DNA from: an uncultured Gammaproteobacteria bacterium
GTDB lineage: Bacteria; Pseudomonadota; Gammaproteobacteria; Steroidobacterales; Rariloculaceae
Length of the DNA stretch: 64,000 nt
Assembly: GCA_963714705.1 (NCBI GenBank)
Contig: CAVQPJ010000013.1
Location: 962,512-1,026,511 of the forward strand
Reading direction: 5' to 3'
In this document: positions 46,366 through 57,198 of the stretch, one piece after another
How positions within the stretch are numbered: the first letter of the stretch is position 1
How the letters are laid out: every line of letters starts with the position of its first letter
Notes under the pieces: model-generated
Told to the model about the DNA's origin: nothing
Seen by the model: the letters and a program-made list of their open reading frames with translations, nothing else
Database searches by the model: none
Position numbers and translations under genes: made by a program

Positions 46366-46884
46366 TTAGCCTCCGGTTTCGTCGGTATCTCGAGCGAGCG
46401 CGTCGCGGCTCACGGCGAGCGCATCGCGCAAGCCGGTGCCGACGGCACTCGTGACGTGTCCTTGGGTGACGCGCGCGCTCTTCTGCAAGTAGCGCATCGC
46501 GAGTCTCGAGATCCTGGGCCGCCGCGACGGCGCGCGGATCGACGGGCGCTGGCGGCTCTGGCACTAGCCACAGGGCAACGGCGACGACGGCCACCGCAGC
46601 CGCAGCACTCGCGAGCGCCGGCGCGAAGAACGAGGGCCGGGCGCGCGGCGAGCGGCCGGGAATCGCGAGCAAGCGCCGCCGCAGCCCGGGCGGCATCGCC
46701 GCCGGCGGCGACGCGCGCAACGCGCGATGCACGGCGACGGCACGCTCGGCCGCTGCCGCAAGACGCGCGATCCGCCGCGATCGCAGCTGCCATGCGCGTC
46801 TCGGCTCTCGCCGGCCAGGCTGCCGTCGGCCCACGCTTCGAGCTGGGTCCACGCCCACTCTTCGCTCAAATCTCGTTGCGTCAT
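46366..46884 (-). pseudogene. Anti-sigma factor (single-pass membrane), at least three frameshifts
   Basis: The ATG at 46884 overlaps the sigma stop (ATGA). Fragments across three frames: MTQRDLSEEWAWTQLEAWADGSLAGESR / MAAAIAAD / RIARLAAAAERAVAVHRAL...GLRRRLLAIP...TM AAAAVAVVAVALWL / ...AMRYLQKSARVTQGH...DETGG, with stop at 46366. Confidence 0.6.
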
Positions 46885-47440
46885 GACGCACGCTCCAATT
46901 GCTCGCGCAGCTTCCGCCGCGCGCGGTGCAAGTACACCTTGACTTGATTCGCGTTGAGGTCGAGCACGCGCGCGCAGGTCGCGCCATCGAGCCCTTGCAC
47001 GTCGAACATCACGAGCAGGCTGCGCTGCGGCTCCGGCAACGTGTCGACGAGCTTCCGCAATTCGCCGGCCGAGCTCGTGCTGCTCGTAGTGCCACGCCGG
47101 ATCGCGGCCGTCGCTGACCTCCGGCAACTCTGCCGGATCGAAGTTGACGACCCGGCCGGACCTGCGGAAGCGGCTCATGCACGCGTTGCGCGCGACACGC
47201 AGCAACCATTCGCGTGGCCGCTCGACGTCCGGCTCCGTGTTGCCAGTAGCTCAAGAAAACCTCCTGCGTCACGTCCTCGGCCTCGCTCGAATCGCGCAGC
47301 AGCGCCGCGGCGACGCGGTAGACGGCGCGGTCGTGCATGAGCACCGCGAGTCGAAACCTCCAAGGCGACATCACGCCGCCCGGTTCGGACGGATCTGCGT
47401 CTGCCAACGGTTCCCGTTGTGGAATCGCTTGCGGCGCCAT
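46881..47440 (-). pseudogene. ECF-type sigma-70 factor, two frameshifts
   Basis: Region 2 (AEDVTQEVFLSYWQHG, WLLRVARNACMSRFR) and region 4 (LPEPQRSLLVMFDVQGLDGATCARVLDLNANQVKVYLHRARRKLRE) are recovered from three frames. Confidence 0.7.
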
Positions 47441-47513
47441 ACCCTTTGCCGTTGAACCACGCCCTCAAGACGGGCTGAACTCAACGAAGGTTACACCGCA
47501 AAGGATTGCTTCG

Positions 47514-49630
47514 ATGCACCGCTCCTCCGCTCTGGCCCTCACCTTGCTGGCGCTCGCGGGCAACGCCGCCGCCTCCCACGACGAAAGCGTCGGCGCCCGG
47601 TTCGTGCAGCCCGGCGGCGTCGACGCCGGCAACTGCCTCGACCACCACGCGCCGTGCGTCTCGATGCAGTACGCGCTGGCGCAAGCCGAACCGGGCAACA
47701 CGCTCAAGGTCGGGGCCGGCATCTTCGACTTGCGCGGCGTCGACCCCGAGACGTTCTTGCACGGTCCGGTCCATGCGCTCGGGCGGCTACGGCGATGCCG
47801 ATCACTACTACGAGTCGCGGCCGCTGCAGGTGCAGTCGATCGTCACGGGCGTCGACTCGCGGTATCGCAGTGCGCTCGCCGTGCGGGGCTTCTACTGGGC
47901 CGAGAGCGTAGCCGCGGCGCAGCGCAACGAGTTCTCGTTCGCGGGCGGCGCCCCGCTCCAGCAGGCGCAGGCCGCCGCCGTCGCGTGCGTCGCAGGGCGT
48001 GCGCAGGACCGTTTCCCGTGCCGCAACCTCGACTTCGAGTCGCAGATTCCGCTCGCGCAGTTCTCGAGCCGGCCCGTCTCGGCTGCGAACGTCTGGGGCT
48101 TCGTCGATCTCAACGACAACCGCGAGTACGCCGTCTTGGGACTGCGCAACGGGACGGCGATCGTCGAGGTCACGGACCCCGCCGAATCCGCGCGAGGTCG
48201 TGACGATTACCGGCAACTCCTCGCCGTGGCGCGAGGTCAAGGTCTATCAGGTCTTCGACGCCGGCGCGAATCGCTGGCGCGCGTACGCCTACGTGGCGAC
48301 GGAGGCCGCCAACAGCGGGATCCAAATCATCGACATGTCGGGGCTGCCGCAGACGGCGGGGCTCGCGGCCGACGAACCTCGACACGAGCTCGCAGCACAC
48401 GCTGTACGTCTCGAACATCGACTACGCGACGAATGCGGCGCTGCCGGGCCTGACGCCGATGCTGTTCGTTGCCGGCAGTAATCTGAGCCGGCGGCTCGTG
48501 GCGCGCTTATAGCCTCGCGAATCCAACGCTTCCCGCAGCTCGTCAGCTCGGCGCCGTCCGGCGGCTACATGCACGACTCGACGAGCTTCGTCGTCACGGA
48601 CGCGCGCGTGGCGCAATGCGCGCCGGGGCACAATCCCTGCGAGGTCCTCGTCGATTTCAACGTCGATCAAGTCGCAGCTCTGGGACGTCACGAACAAGAC
48701 GCAGCCCGTGCTGCTCGGCACCGGCACCAATCCGAACAACCGCTACATCCACTCCGGGCTGGCCGACCGCCAATGCCACGCACTTGATCTTTCACGACGA
48801 GCTCGAGGAGATTCAGCTCGGGCTCCCGACGCGGATCTACACGCTCGACCTCGCGAATCTACGCGCGCCGACGGTCCAAGTCAGCCATACGGGTCTGACG
48901 ACGACGACGGACCACAACGGCTATGTTCGCGGCACTACTACTACGTCTCGCATTACCGGCGCGGCGTCGTCGTCTACGACGCCGCCAATCCCGAACGCGC
49001 TCGTCGAGGTCGCGCACTTCGACAACTACCTTGCGCCGAGCGCGAACAGCGCAGGCACCGACGGCACCTGGGGCGTGTATCCGTTCCTGCCGTCGGGCAA
49101 CCTGCTCGTCAGCGACATCGAGAACGGCCTGTTCGTGCTGCGCGACCAGACGCGCAGCCTCGACTCGAACGCCGGCCGGCTCGGCTTCGGCGAAATCGCG
49201 GCGTCGGCCGGCGAAAGCGCCGGCGCGATCAACGTTCGCGTGCAACGAACGCTCGGGCGCTCAGGCAGTGTCAGCGTGCAGTACGCGACGAGCGCCGGCT
49301 CCGCGACGGAAGGCGCCGACTACACGGCCGCGAGCGGCACGCTGACGCTGGCCTGCGGGCGACCTCGCCGACAAAGTCATTGCGATCCCCGTGACGAACG
49401 ACACGAGCGTCGAGAACGCGGAGACTCTGACGCTGACGCTGTCGGCTCTGACGGGTGGCGCGACGCTCGACGGCTCGAGCAACGCTGACGATCACGTCAA
49501 CGACAACGATACGGCCGCGCCCCCGAGCAGCGGCGGTGGCGGCTCGTCGGACCTTGCGCTGCTCGCCCTGCTCGCAGGCGTCCTGCTCGCCCGCTGCCGT
49601 GCGCCCCGGCGCCGCCCGACTCTTCGTTAG
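47514..49630 (+). pseudogene. Choice-of-anchor-B-like beta-propeller protein with Calx-beta domain and GlyGly-CTERM-like tail, at least seven frameshifts
   Basis: Signal peptide MHRSSALALTLLALAGNAAA. FPCRNLDFES...ANVWGFVDLNDNREYAVLG...VEVTDP...WREVKVYQ...YAYVATEAANSGIQIIDMS. Calx-beta SVQYATSAGSATEGADYTAASGTLT. Tail SSGGGGSSDLALLALLAGVLLARCRAPRRR. Confidence 0.6.
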
Positions 49631-50929
49631 GCCAGCGCCTGCAGCGGCGCGCGCTCCGCGCTCGGGCGAATGTGCACGTCGCGCTGCGGGTACGGCACGC
49701 GGACACCGTGCTCCTTGAAGCGGTCCCAGATCTGGAGCAGCACGTCGCTCTTGACGTTCTGCACGCCGTTCTGCGCGTCGCCGATCCAAAAGCGCAGCTG
49801 CAGCTTCAGCGAGCTCTCGCCGAACTCGATGAACAGGCACTTCGGCGCCGGATCCGGCAGCACACGCTCCGTCGAGCGAGCCGCCTCCTCGCACAGCGCA
49901 ATGACGCTTCGCACGTCGGACTCGTGATGCACGCCGACGTCGAGCTTGAGCCGCGTCCTGCGCTGCGTGTGTGTCCAGTTCTCCACGGGCTGGGAAATCA
50001 GCGTCTCGTTCGGGATCAGGTGCTCGACGCCGTCGCGCGTGACGACCGATACGTAGCGCCCTCCGAGCGCCGTGACCCAGCCGTAGGTCCCGGCAACCGA
50101 GATGATGTCGCCGGGCTTGATCGATTTGTCGAGGAGCAAGATGACACCGCTGATCAAGTTGCTGACGATCTTCTGCAAGCCGAAACCGAGGGCGACGACG
50201 CCCAAACCGCCCAACACGGCGAGGCCGGTGAGGTCGATGCCGACGGCGTTGATCGCGAACAGCACGGCCAGCGACACGAGCACGATCTTCAGCGACTTCG
50301 TGAACAGCACCTGCACCGTCGGCGACAACGTCTGACTCGTGCGGATGCGCGACTCGAGCAGAGCTCGCCAGGTATAACGCCACGGACAGCAGCACGGCGA
50401 GCGCGATCGTCGACCTGATGACGTCGTACAGCGAAATCGTCACCTGGCCAATCGTGATAGCCGCCGCGTCGAGCACGCTGATCGTCGGCTCGAGAAGGTC
50501 GAGAATGCTGAGCGCGGCGATCGACCACGCGGCCCACGAGATCAACTTGGCCCAGCTGCGATGGCGCACGAACTGCGAGGCGAGGTGAATCGCGATCCAG
50601 GCGGCCAGCAGCGTGACGCCTGTTCGCAGCAACGCATTGGGTCGCTCGCTGAGGCCGAGCACCGTCATCGCGAGCCACAAGAGCGCGAGCCAGACGGCGG
50701 ACAGGGCCATGGATTCGGCGATGACGACGCCTCGGCCAACGTGGCGATGCTCGCGGTAGCGGGCGAACCAAGGAGTCAGGCGTTTCGCGAGCAGCATTGC
50801 GAGCAGCAACGTCAGGAGGACAAGACCGGCTTGCACTGCGTTGCCGAGCACGAACACGTTCGTGAGCAGCCAACCGTAGACGGCATTCCAAATCGCCAGC
50901 AGGCGTTCTGCCGAGAGTAACTCTTCCAT
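49627..50929 (-). pseudogene. MscS-family mechanosensitive channel, one frameshift near 50335
   Basis: ATG 50929 is preceded by GGAGG. Multi-TM N-terminus in the frame of ORF 49271..51271. Channel core LQKIVSNLISGVILLLDKSIKPGDIISVAGTYGWVTALGGRYVSVVTRDGVEHLIPNE in ORF 49627..50328. Confidence 0.75.
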
Positions 50930-51040
50930 ATCCGTAACCTCCGCAGGTTGAGGCCAAACCTTGAGTCTAACGAACCATGGCCAAGCGCCGAACAAGAAGA
51001 TCGTCGCCGCACCGAGGACGCCGATATACTCCCGGCCCCA

Positions 51041-52326
51041 ATGACGAAGGCCCGCGTGCTGTTCGCGAGCTTGATCGGCACGACGATCGAGTTCTTCGAT
51101 TTCTACATCTACGGCACGGCCGCCGTGCTCGTGTTCCCGCAGCTGTTCTTCCCGGCCGGCGATCCCGACGACCGCGACGCTGCAGTCGCTCGCGACCTTC
51201 GCGCTCGCGTTCTTCGCGCGGCCCGTCGGCTCGGCGCTGTTCGGCCACTTCGGCGACCGCATCGGGCGCAAGGCGACGCTCGTCGCGGCCTTGCTGACGA
51301 TGGGCCTGTCGACGGTCGCGATCGGCCTGCTGCCGACCTACGCCGCCATCGGCGTCGCGGCGCCCGCGCTGCTGGCGCTGTGCCGGTTCGGCCAGGGCCT
51401 CGGGCTCGGCGGCGAATGGGGCGGCGCCGTGCTGCTCGCGACCGAGAACGCGCCGCGCGGCAAGGAGAGCTGGTACGGCATGTTCCCGCAGCTCGGCGCG
51501 CCGCTCGGGTTCTTCTGCTCGACCGGCATCTTCCTCGTGCTGACCGAGGTGATGACGTACGACGATTTCCTCGCCTGGGGCTGGCGCATCCCGTTCCTCG
51601 CGAGCGCCGTGCTCGTCGGCGTCGGCCTCTGGGTGCGCCTGACGCTGACGGAGACGCCGGCGTTCCAGCGCGCGATCGAGCGCGCCGAGCGCGTGCGCGT
51701 GCCGATCCTGGTCGTGTGCGCGCGAGCACACGCGCACGCTGGTGCTCGCGACGCTCGCGGCCGTCACGACGTTCGTCGTGTTCTACCTGATGACGGTGTT
51801 CACGCTGAGCTGGGGCACCGACGAAGCTCGGCTTCCCGCGGCAGGACTTCCTGCTGCTGCAGATGATCGGCGTGCTGTTCTTCGCGCTGACGATTCCGCT
51901 GACGGCGGTCGGCCGCCGATCGCGTCGGCCGCTGGCCGATCCTGATCGGCGTCGAGCGTCGTGGCGATCGTCTTCGGCTTGACGTTCGCGCCGCTGTTCT
52001 CGAGCCGACGACGCGGTGACGGTCACGGTGTTCCTGTCGCTCGGGCTCGGCGCTGATGGGCTGCACGTACGGCGCGCTCGGCTCGGCGCTCGCGGAGCTG
52101 TTTCCGACGGCCGTGCGCTACACCGGCGCGTCGTTGACGTTCAACCTCGCGGGAATCCTCGGCGGCTCGCTCGCGCCGTACATCGCGACGTACCTGGCCG
52201 ACTCGTACGGCATCGCGCTACGTCGGCTACTACTTGTCGGCGGCAGCCGCCGTGACGCTCGCGGCGCAGCTCCTGCTCAACCGCCGGCCGCGGCCTCGCC
52301 CCGCCATAGAGCGCAGCGCCGCCTGA
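51041..52326 (+). pseudogene. MFS transporter of the metabolite:H+ symporter (MHS) family, at least six frameshifts
   Basis: TIEFFDFYIYGTAAVLVFPQLFFP, FGHFGDRIGRK, GQGLGLGGEWGGAVLLATENAP and LAELFPTAVRYTGASLTFNLAGILGGSLAPYI are recovered from all three frames. Confidence 0.75.
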
Positions 52327-52922
52327 GCTCCTCCCGTTCGGCCTCGCCGAGCACACGCGGCTCGACGAGTCGGCTTGCCCGTCGCTGCGTCGCGCAACGC
52401 CGAGCGCTTGTGATCGCCGCGCAAGCGCCAGCGCAGCACCTTCGCGAGCACGCGCGCGATCATGACGAGCTCCGGCAAGCCGTCCTTCGGAACCGCGGCG
52501 CGGCCGCCCTTCGCGCTCTTCGCGAAGCCGCGGCCGCGAATCGGACCGAGCGCCGCCGACGGCGCATCGATGAAGGCTTTGATGACGCCGATGAACGGCA
52601 TTGCGCTGGTGGCCATCGTGTTGCCGATCGGCGTGCGGCAGCAGCTCGCGTACCAGCGGATCATTCCTTTCGCGGACAGCCGCACGACCGCGACCTTGTC
52701 GGCTCCGGCCGTGAGACCGACGTTCGCTTGCGACATCTGCGTGATCTCGGTGCCGCCGTGCGCGTCGAGCACGTCGTCGGCGCGGCCGAGGAAATGCGCG
52801 AACGCTTGGCAGTCGTCGCAATAGCAGAAGCAGCGGTTGACGGTGCTCGGTGTCACATCGCGCGCGACGCCGCGCACGGCGCCGCAGCGGCAACGCAGCG
52901 CGAGATCGGTGATCTCTGCCAT
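52277..52922 (-). pseudogene. Cys-rich GFA/CENP-V-like (DUF6151-like) protein, one frameshift near 52380
   Basis: LRCRCGAVRG...NRCFCYCDDCQAFAHFLG...IRWYASCCRTPIGN. The corrected tail RLVEPRVLGEAEREELRRRCALWRGEAAAGG stops at 52277..52279. Confidence 0.5.
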
Positions 52923-52936
52923 AGGCAAAAGCGCAA

Positions 52937-52980
52937 AAGGGGACGGATCTATTTTCGCGAGAAAATAAATCCGTCCCCTT
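52937..52980 (-). terminator. Rho-independent terminator (AT-rich near-perfect hairpin)
   Basis: AAGGGGACGGAT-cT-ATTTTC-GCGA-GAAAAT-Aa-ATCCGTCCCCTT. 19 bp pair around a GCGA tetraloop. On the minus strand it is followed by TTGCGCTTTTG. Sits at the 3' end of the amidohydrolase gene. Confidence 0.7.
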
Positions 52981-54634
52981 GCGTTCGCCCGCGGCGTAGA
53001 CGACGTCGCCGCCGAGCAGCGTCAACACCGACTCGATGTTGCCGACCTCGTCGAGCGGCACCGTGAGGTAGTCGCGCGGACAGCACGGCGAGGTCCGCGA
53101 GCTTGCCGGTCTCGAGCGAGCCGCGCACGTCGTCGTCGAACGAGAACCAGGCGCTGCCGAGCGTGTAGAAGCGAAGCGCCGTCGAGCCGATCGGGCGTCT
53201 CTTCGGGCCCGCGGATCGGCGTGCCGGCCACGCGTCTTGCCGTCGAGGAACCACTGCAGCGACGTGAACGGGTTGTACGACGCGACGCGGTGCGCGTCGG
53301 TGCCGCCGCCGATCGCAACGCCCGAGCCGATGGCCCGTGACGACGGGCGGAATGCGCCGCGCCGCGTCGGCGCCTTGCCGGCGCACGAGGTCCTCGCCGC
53401 CGAAGTACATCGCGTCCTGCACGGTCCAGCCGACGCCGAGCGCGGCCATGCGGCTGCAGCGTCGCCTCCGACGCATCGTTCAAGTGCGCGATCGACCAGC
53501 GCAGCGGCGCGATCGGGACTTCGCGGTTCACGCGCTCGAAGATCTCGAGCAGGTGCGGCGACGGTGTTGTCGGGCCCCCAGTGCATCGTGATCGCCATGC
53601 CGCGCTCGGCGGCCCAGCGCACGATCTCGTAGTAGCGCTCCTTGTGCTCGGCCGTCGGCTCGGGATTGTTGTTCATCGCATACGTGATGCGCTCGCCGAG
53701 GCCGTTGAAGTGCAGGCGGTCGTCGCCGAAGCCCATCGGCAAGCAGCGCCGTGAGGCCCTGGAGCTCGGCGAGCTCGCCGCCCGCCGTCTGGCCGTTCAA
53801 GCTGTAGGCGACGCGGACCGTGAGCTCGCCGCGCCGCCAGACGTCGAACAGCGCCTGATAGTCGGGCGGGAAACAGATTGTTGCCGCCGGGATCGACGAC
53901 GCCCGTGAGCCCGAGCCGATTCAGCTCGCGGAAGAACTCGCGCGTGCCCTGCGACTTGCTCGGCGAACGTCGGCTTCGGCAGCCGATCGAACAGCGCGAT
54001 GATCGCGCCCTGCCCGCCGCTGATCGCGCCGGTGAGCCGCTCGCCGTCGCGCACGAGCGTGCCGCCCGCCGGCAGATCGGCGTCGCTCGCGGATGCCGAG
54101 CTTCGCGAATCCGTCGTCGGTCATGACGACCCAGCCGTAGCCGAGCTGCACGTAGACGGGATTGTTCGGCGCCGCCGCTTCGAGCTCGGCCTGCGTCGGC
54201 CGGCGGCGCTCGGCGAACTGCAGCTCGTTCCAGCCGCCGGCGACGATCAGCCAGCTGCCCGGCGGCCGGCGCTGCCGCGGCTGCGCTGATGCGCGCCAGC
54301 GCTTCCGTCAAGCGACCGCGCGCCGATCCAGTTGACCTCGGTGCTGAAGCGAGAGCGCCGCGCGCACGGCGTGCAGATGCGAGTCGATGAGCCCCGGAAT
54401 GACCGTGCGGCCGCCGAGCTCGACGACGCGCGTCGCGGGACCCGCGAGGCGGCGCATCTCGGCCGTGCTGCCGAGTGCCAGGATCTTGCCGTCGCGAATC
54501 GCGAGCGCCTCGCGCACCGACGCGTCGGCGTCGACGGTGACGACCTTGCCGTCGAGCAGCACGAGGTCGGGCGGCTGCGCCGCGCCGCGGCGCGAGCGAC
54601 GCCGCAAACAGCACGAGGACGAACGGGCGCGCAT
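52949..54634 (-). pseudogene. Secreted amidohydrolase (YtcJ-like metal-dependent hydrolase), at least ten frameshifts
   Basis: DLVLLDGKVVTVD...VIPGLIDSHLHAV, MAITMHWGPD, WSIAHLNDAS, GGGTDAHRVASYNPF and GKLADLAVLSRDYLTVPLDEVGNIESVLTLLGGDVVYAAGE are scattered over three frames. The exact stop is uncertain. Confidence 0.7.
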
Positions 54635-54641
54635 AGTCGGT

Positions 54642-55260
54642 TCATTCGTGTTCTCCGCCGGCGCGGCCGCCGTGCCGCGCCAGCCGCCGCGTGAGGTGCA
54701 GCTTCACCTCGGGCCACTCGCTCGCGAGGATGCTGTACATCACGACGTCGCGCGCGGAGCCGTCGCGGCGCGTTCCGAAATGCCGGACGACGCCGTCTTT
54801 CTTCGCACCGAGCGCTTCGATCGCGCGCTGCGAGGCGAAGTTGAACTTGTCGGTGCGAAGGCCGACGACCTTGCAGCCGAGCGTCTCGAACGCGTGCGTC
54901 AGGAGCAGCAGCTTGCAGCTCGTGTTGACGTGGCTGCGCTGCCAGCTCTTCGCGTACCAGGTGTAGCCGATCTCGACGCGGTCGATGTCGGCGACGATGT
55001 CGTGGAAGCGCGTGCTGCCGACGATCGCGCCAGTCGCAAGATTGCGCACGGCCCACGGCAGCATGCGGCCTTCGCCCTGCCGCGCGAGCGCGGTCTCGAT
55101 GTACGCCTTCGTCTCCGCGGGCGCCGGCACGGCCGTGAACCAGAGCTCCCACAGCGCGCCGTCGGCAGCGGCCGCCGCGAGGTCGCTGCTCGTGGCGCAG
55201 CCCGAGCGGCTCGAGCCGCACGCCGTGACCTTCGAGCTCGACAGGCGAAACGGTGATCAT
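54642..55260 (-). pseudogene. GNAT-family N-acetyltransferase (RimJ/RimL-like), one frameshift near 55190
   Basis: MITVSPVELEGHGVRLEPLGLRHEQ in one frame. ETKAYIETALARQ...IGYTWYAKSWQRSHVNTSCKLLLLTHAFETLG...RAIEALGAKKDGVVR in another. Confidence 0.75.
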
Positions 55261-55284
55261 GGCGTCAGCGCGACGGCGACGTGC

Positions 55285-55837
55285 TCACGGCCAGAGCCAA
55301 CCGAACGCGCCGCCCGTCAGCAACGCGTAGACGAGACCGTCGATCGTCGTGCGGACGGTGGAACCGAGACTGCGCGAGTACCAGATCCAGCTCTGCCACA
55401 GCGCGAGCGCGTAGCCCGCGAAGGCGACCGTGCTCGTGACGCGGAACACCGTCATGTACGGCGCACCCGCCGGCAGCGTCAGCGACGGCGACATAGGCCG
55501 CGAACACGGCGATGACGATCGAATAGATGAACCACTTGACGAGGTTGCGCCCGATCGAGGTGTTCACGAGTATCGTCAGCGCGAAGCTCGGCCCGCGCGC
55601 CTGCTTCGCCTTGAACTCCGGCGAGCTCATGTGCGCCATGCTGTCCGGGATCGGCGCGGCGTAGTCGCCGGGCGCCAGGTTGAACGGCCGCAGCGCGTCC
55701 ATGACGGCGTCCTCGGCAGCAAATTTCTTGAAGTCCTTGGAGTGCCAGCGAAGCGCCATGTGGATCACCGAGCTCGCGACGAACACGAGCACGGCGGAGA
55801 GCAGGATCGGCAACCACAAGTCGACGAGCGAGACCAT
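55285..55837 (-). pseudogene. Hypothetical integral membrane protein, one frameshift near 55495
   Basis: N-terminal part from ORF 55265..55837 (MVSLVDLWLPILLSAVLVFVASS...). C-terminal TM-rich part from ORF 55285..55494 (...[13 protein letters not shown]...GGAFGWLWP). Confidence 0.5.
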
Positions 55838-55882
55838 GACGACCCCCCGGTCAGCGCGGCGCGCGGCGAAGCGGCGCGGAAC

Positions 55883-56688
55883 TTATGGAACGATCGGGCT
55901 CGTGCGGTCGATGCTCGAGCGCTCGCCGCCGACCATGAGCTCGACGGCGTAGTTCGCCTGCTGGCACGAGTACTCGAACAGCTCGACGCCGCGGTCGAAC
56001 CCCAACTCGAAACCACCGGTCCAGCTCGCCGTATACGCGCCCGGATCGTCCACCGTGATCTGGTAGGTGATCGTCTCGGCGTCCTTGCGCGTGAACCGCT
56101 CGATCGTGTGCAGCTGCGTCGTGTGCGGCATGCCGCGGCGGTCGAGCCAGAAGCTCTCGTTGAAGCCCGTGCTGTCGATGACGAGCGTGTCGCCTTCCCA
56201 CTTGCCGATCGCGTGGCCGTAGTAGCTCGGCTCGAGATCCTTGGGATGCGAGCGGCCGTCCATGTAGACCGTGCGAAACGTGTGCGGACCGCCGATATCG
56301 AAGATGTAGAGGCGCTTCAGCTCGGGCATCTCGACGAACTCGACGCCGTACGGCGTCTGGAACTGCCGCGCGGTGCCGCTCGCTTTGCAGCGCGTGTGCG
56401 GCTCGAGCTCGTGGATCTGCCGTGCGTCGTAGAGCGCCTTCGCCCACGGCTGAAACGGCGTCTGGTCGGCCGGATTGATCGGGTCCGTGATGCCGAACAT
56501 GCGGCGTCCACACGCCCTTCTCTGTCGGGCGTCGCGCCCCAGAGGATCGCGCGGCCGTCGGCGTCGCGCGGCGCGGGACCCGGCGGCGGCGCGTTCGCGT
56601 TGCGGCCGCGGCGTTGCGCGCGCGCGCGGGATCCGACGATCACGAGCGCCGCCAACAACAAGGCGGACGCGAGCACAGTCAGCTTCAT
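55883..56688 (-). pseudogene. Secreted L-type partner protein, paralog 5, frameshift(s) near 56510
   Basis: ATG 56688 is preceded by GGAGAG. Signal peptide MKLTVLASALLLAALVIVGSRARAQ (ORF 56317..56688). Then FQPWAKALY, TRCKASG, FRTVYMDGR, GKWEGDTLVIDSTGF, ERFTR, EYSCQQAN (ORF 55883..56908). Confidence 0.75.
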
Positions 56689-56733
56689 GAGCGTCTCTCC
56701 GCGGTCGGGCGGGGCCGGGCCCGCCGCCTGCGA

Positions 56734-57156
56734 TCAATTGGTTGCCGTTGTCTGGCGGCTGCTCGAGTCGGCGTCGAGCGTCTGGCCGGGCCGGCCGCCC
56801 GTCGCCGTCAGCGTCACGGTGCGCGCGTTCATGCGGTTCTCGCCGTTGCGCGCCATGAAGCCGTCGACGCTGACCGACTCGCCGATCTTCAGCGTCTCGC
56901 GGCGCCAACCGCTGCGCTGCAGGCCGTGCGGCGGGCCCATCTCGGCGCCCCAGTTCGTGACTTCACCCGTCGCCTCGTCCTTCACGTTGATGTAGAACCA
57001 GACGTGCGGGTTGGTCCACTCGACCTTCGTGACGATGCCGGTGAGCTTGACGGGCTTCGCGGCATCGAATTCGGCCGAGAACGAATGGTGCGCGAACGCA
57101 GCTCCCGAGAGGAGCATGCCGGCGACGATCGAAGCGGCCACTGTGCGAATGTTCAT
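56734..57156 (-). CDS. Small secreted S-type protein (DUF6152-like), paralog 5
   Basis: ATG 57156 is preceded by GGAGGA. Signal peptide ends GAAFA, followed by HHSFSAEFD, LTGIVTKVEWTNPHVWF. Intact. Confidence 0.85.
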   Translation of the reverse strand: MNIRTVAASIVAGMLLSGAAFAHHSFSAEFDAAKPVKLTGIVTKVEWTNPHVWFYINVKDEATGEVTNWGAEMGPPHGLQRSGWRRETLKIGESVSVDGFMARNGENRMNARTVTLTATGGRPGQTLDADSSSRQTTATN

Positions 57157-57198
57157 GTTGCGATCCTCCGAATCAAAGCTGCGGCGAACGAGCGCCGC

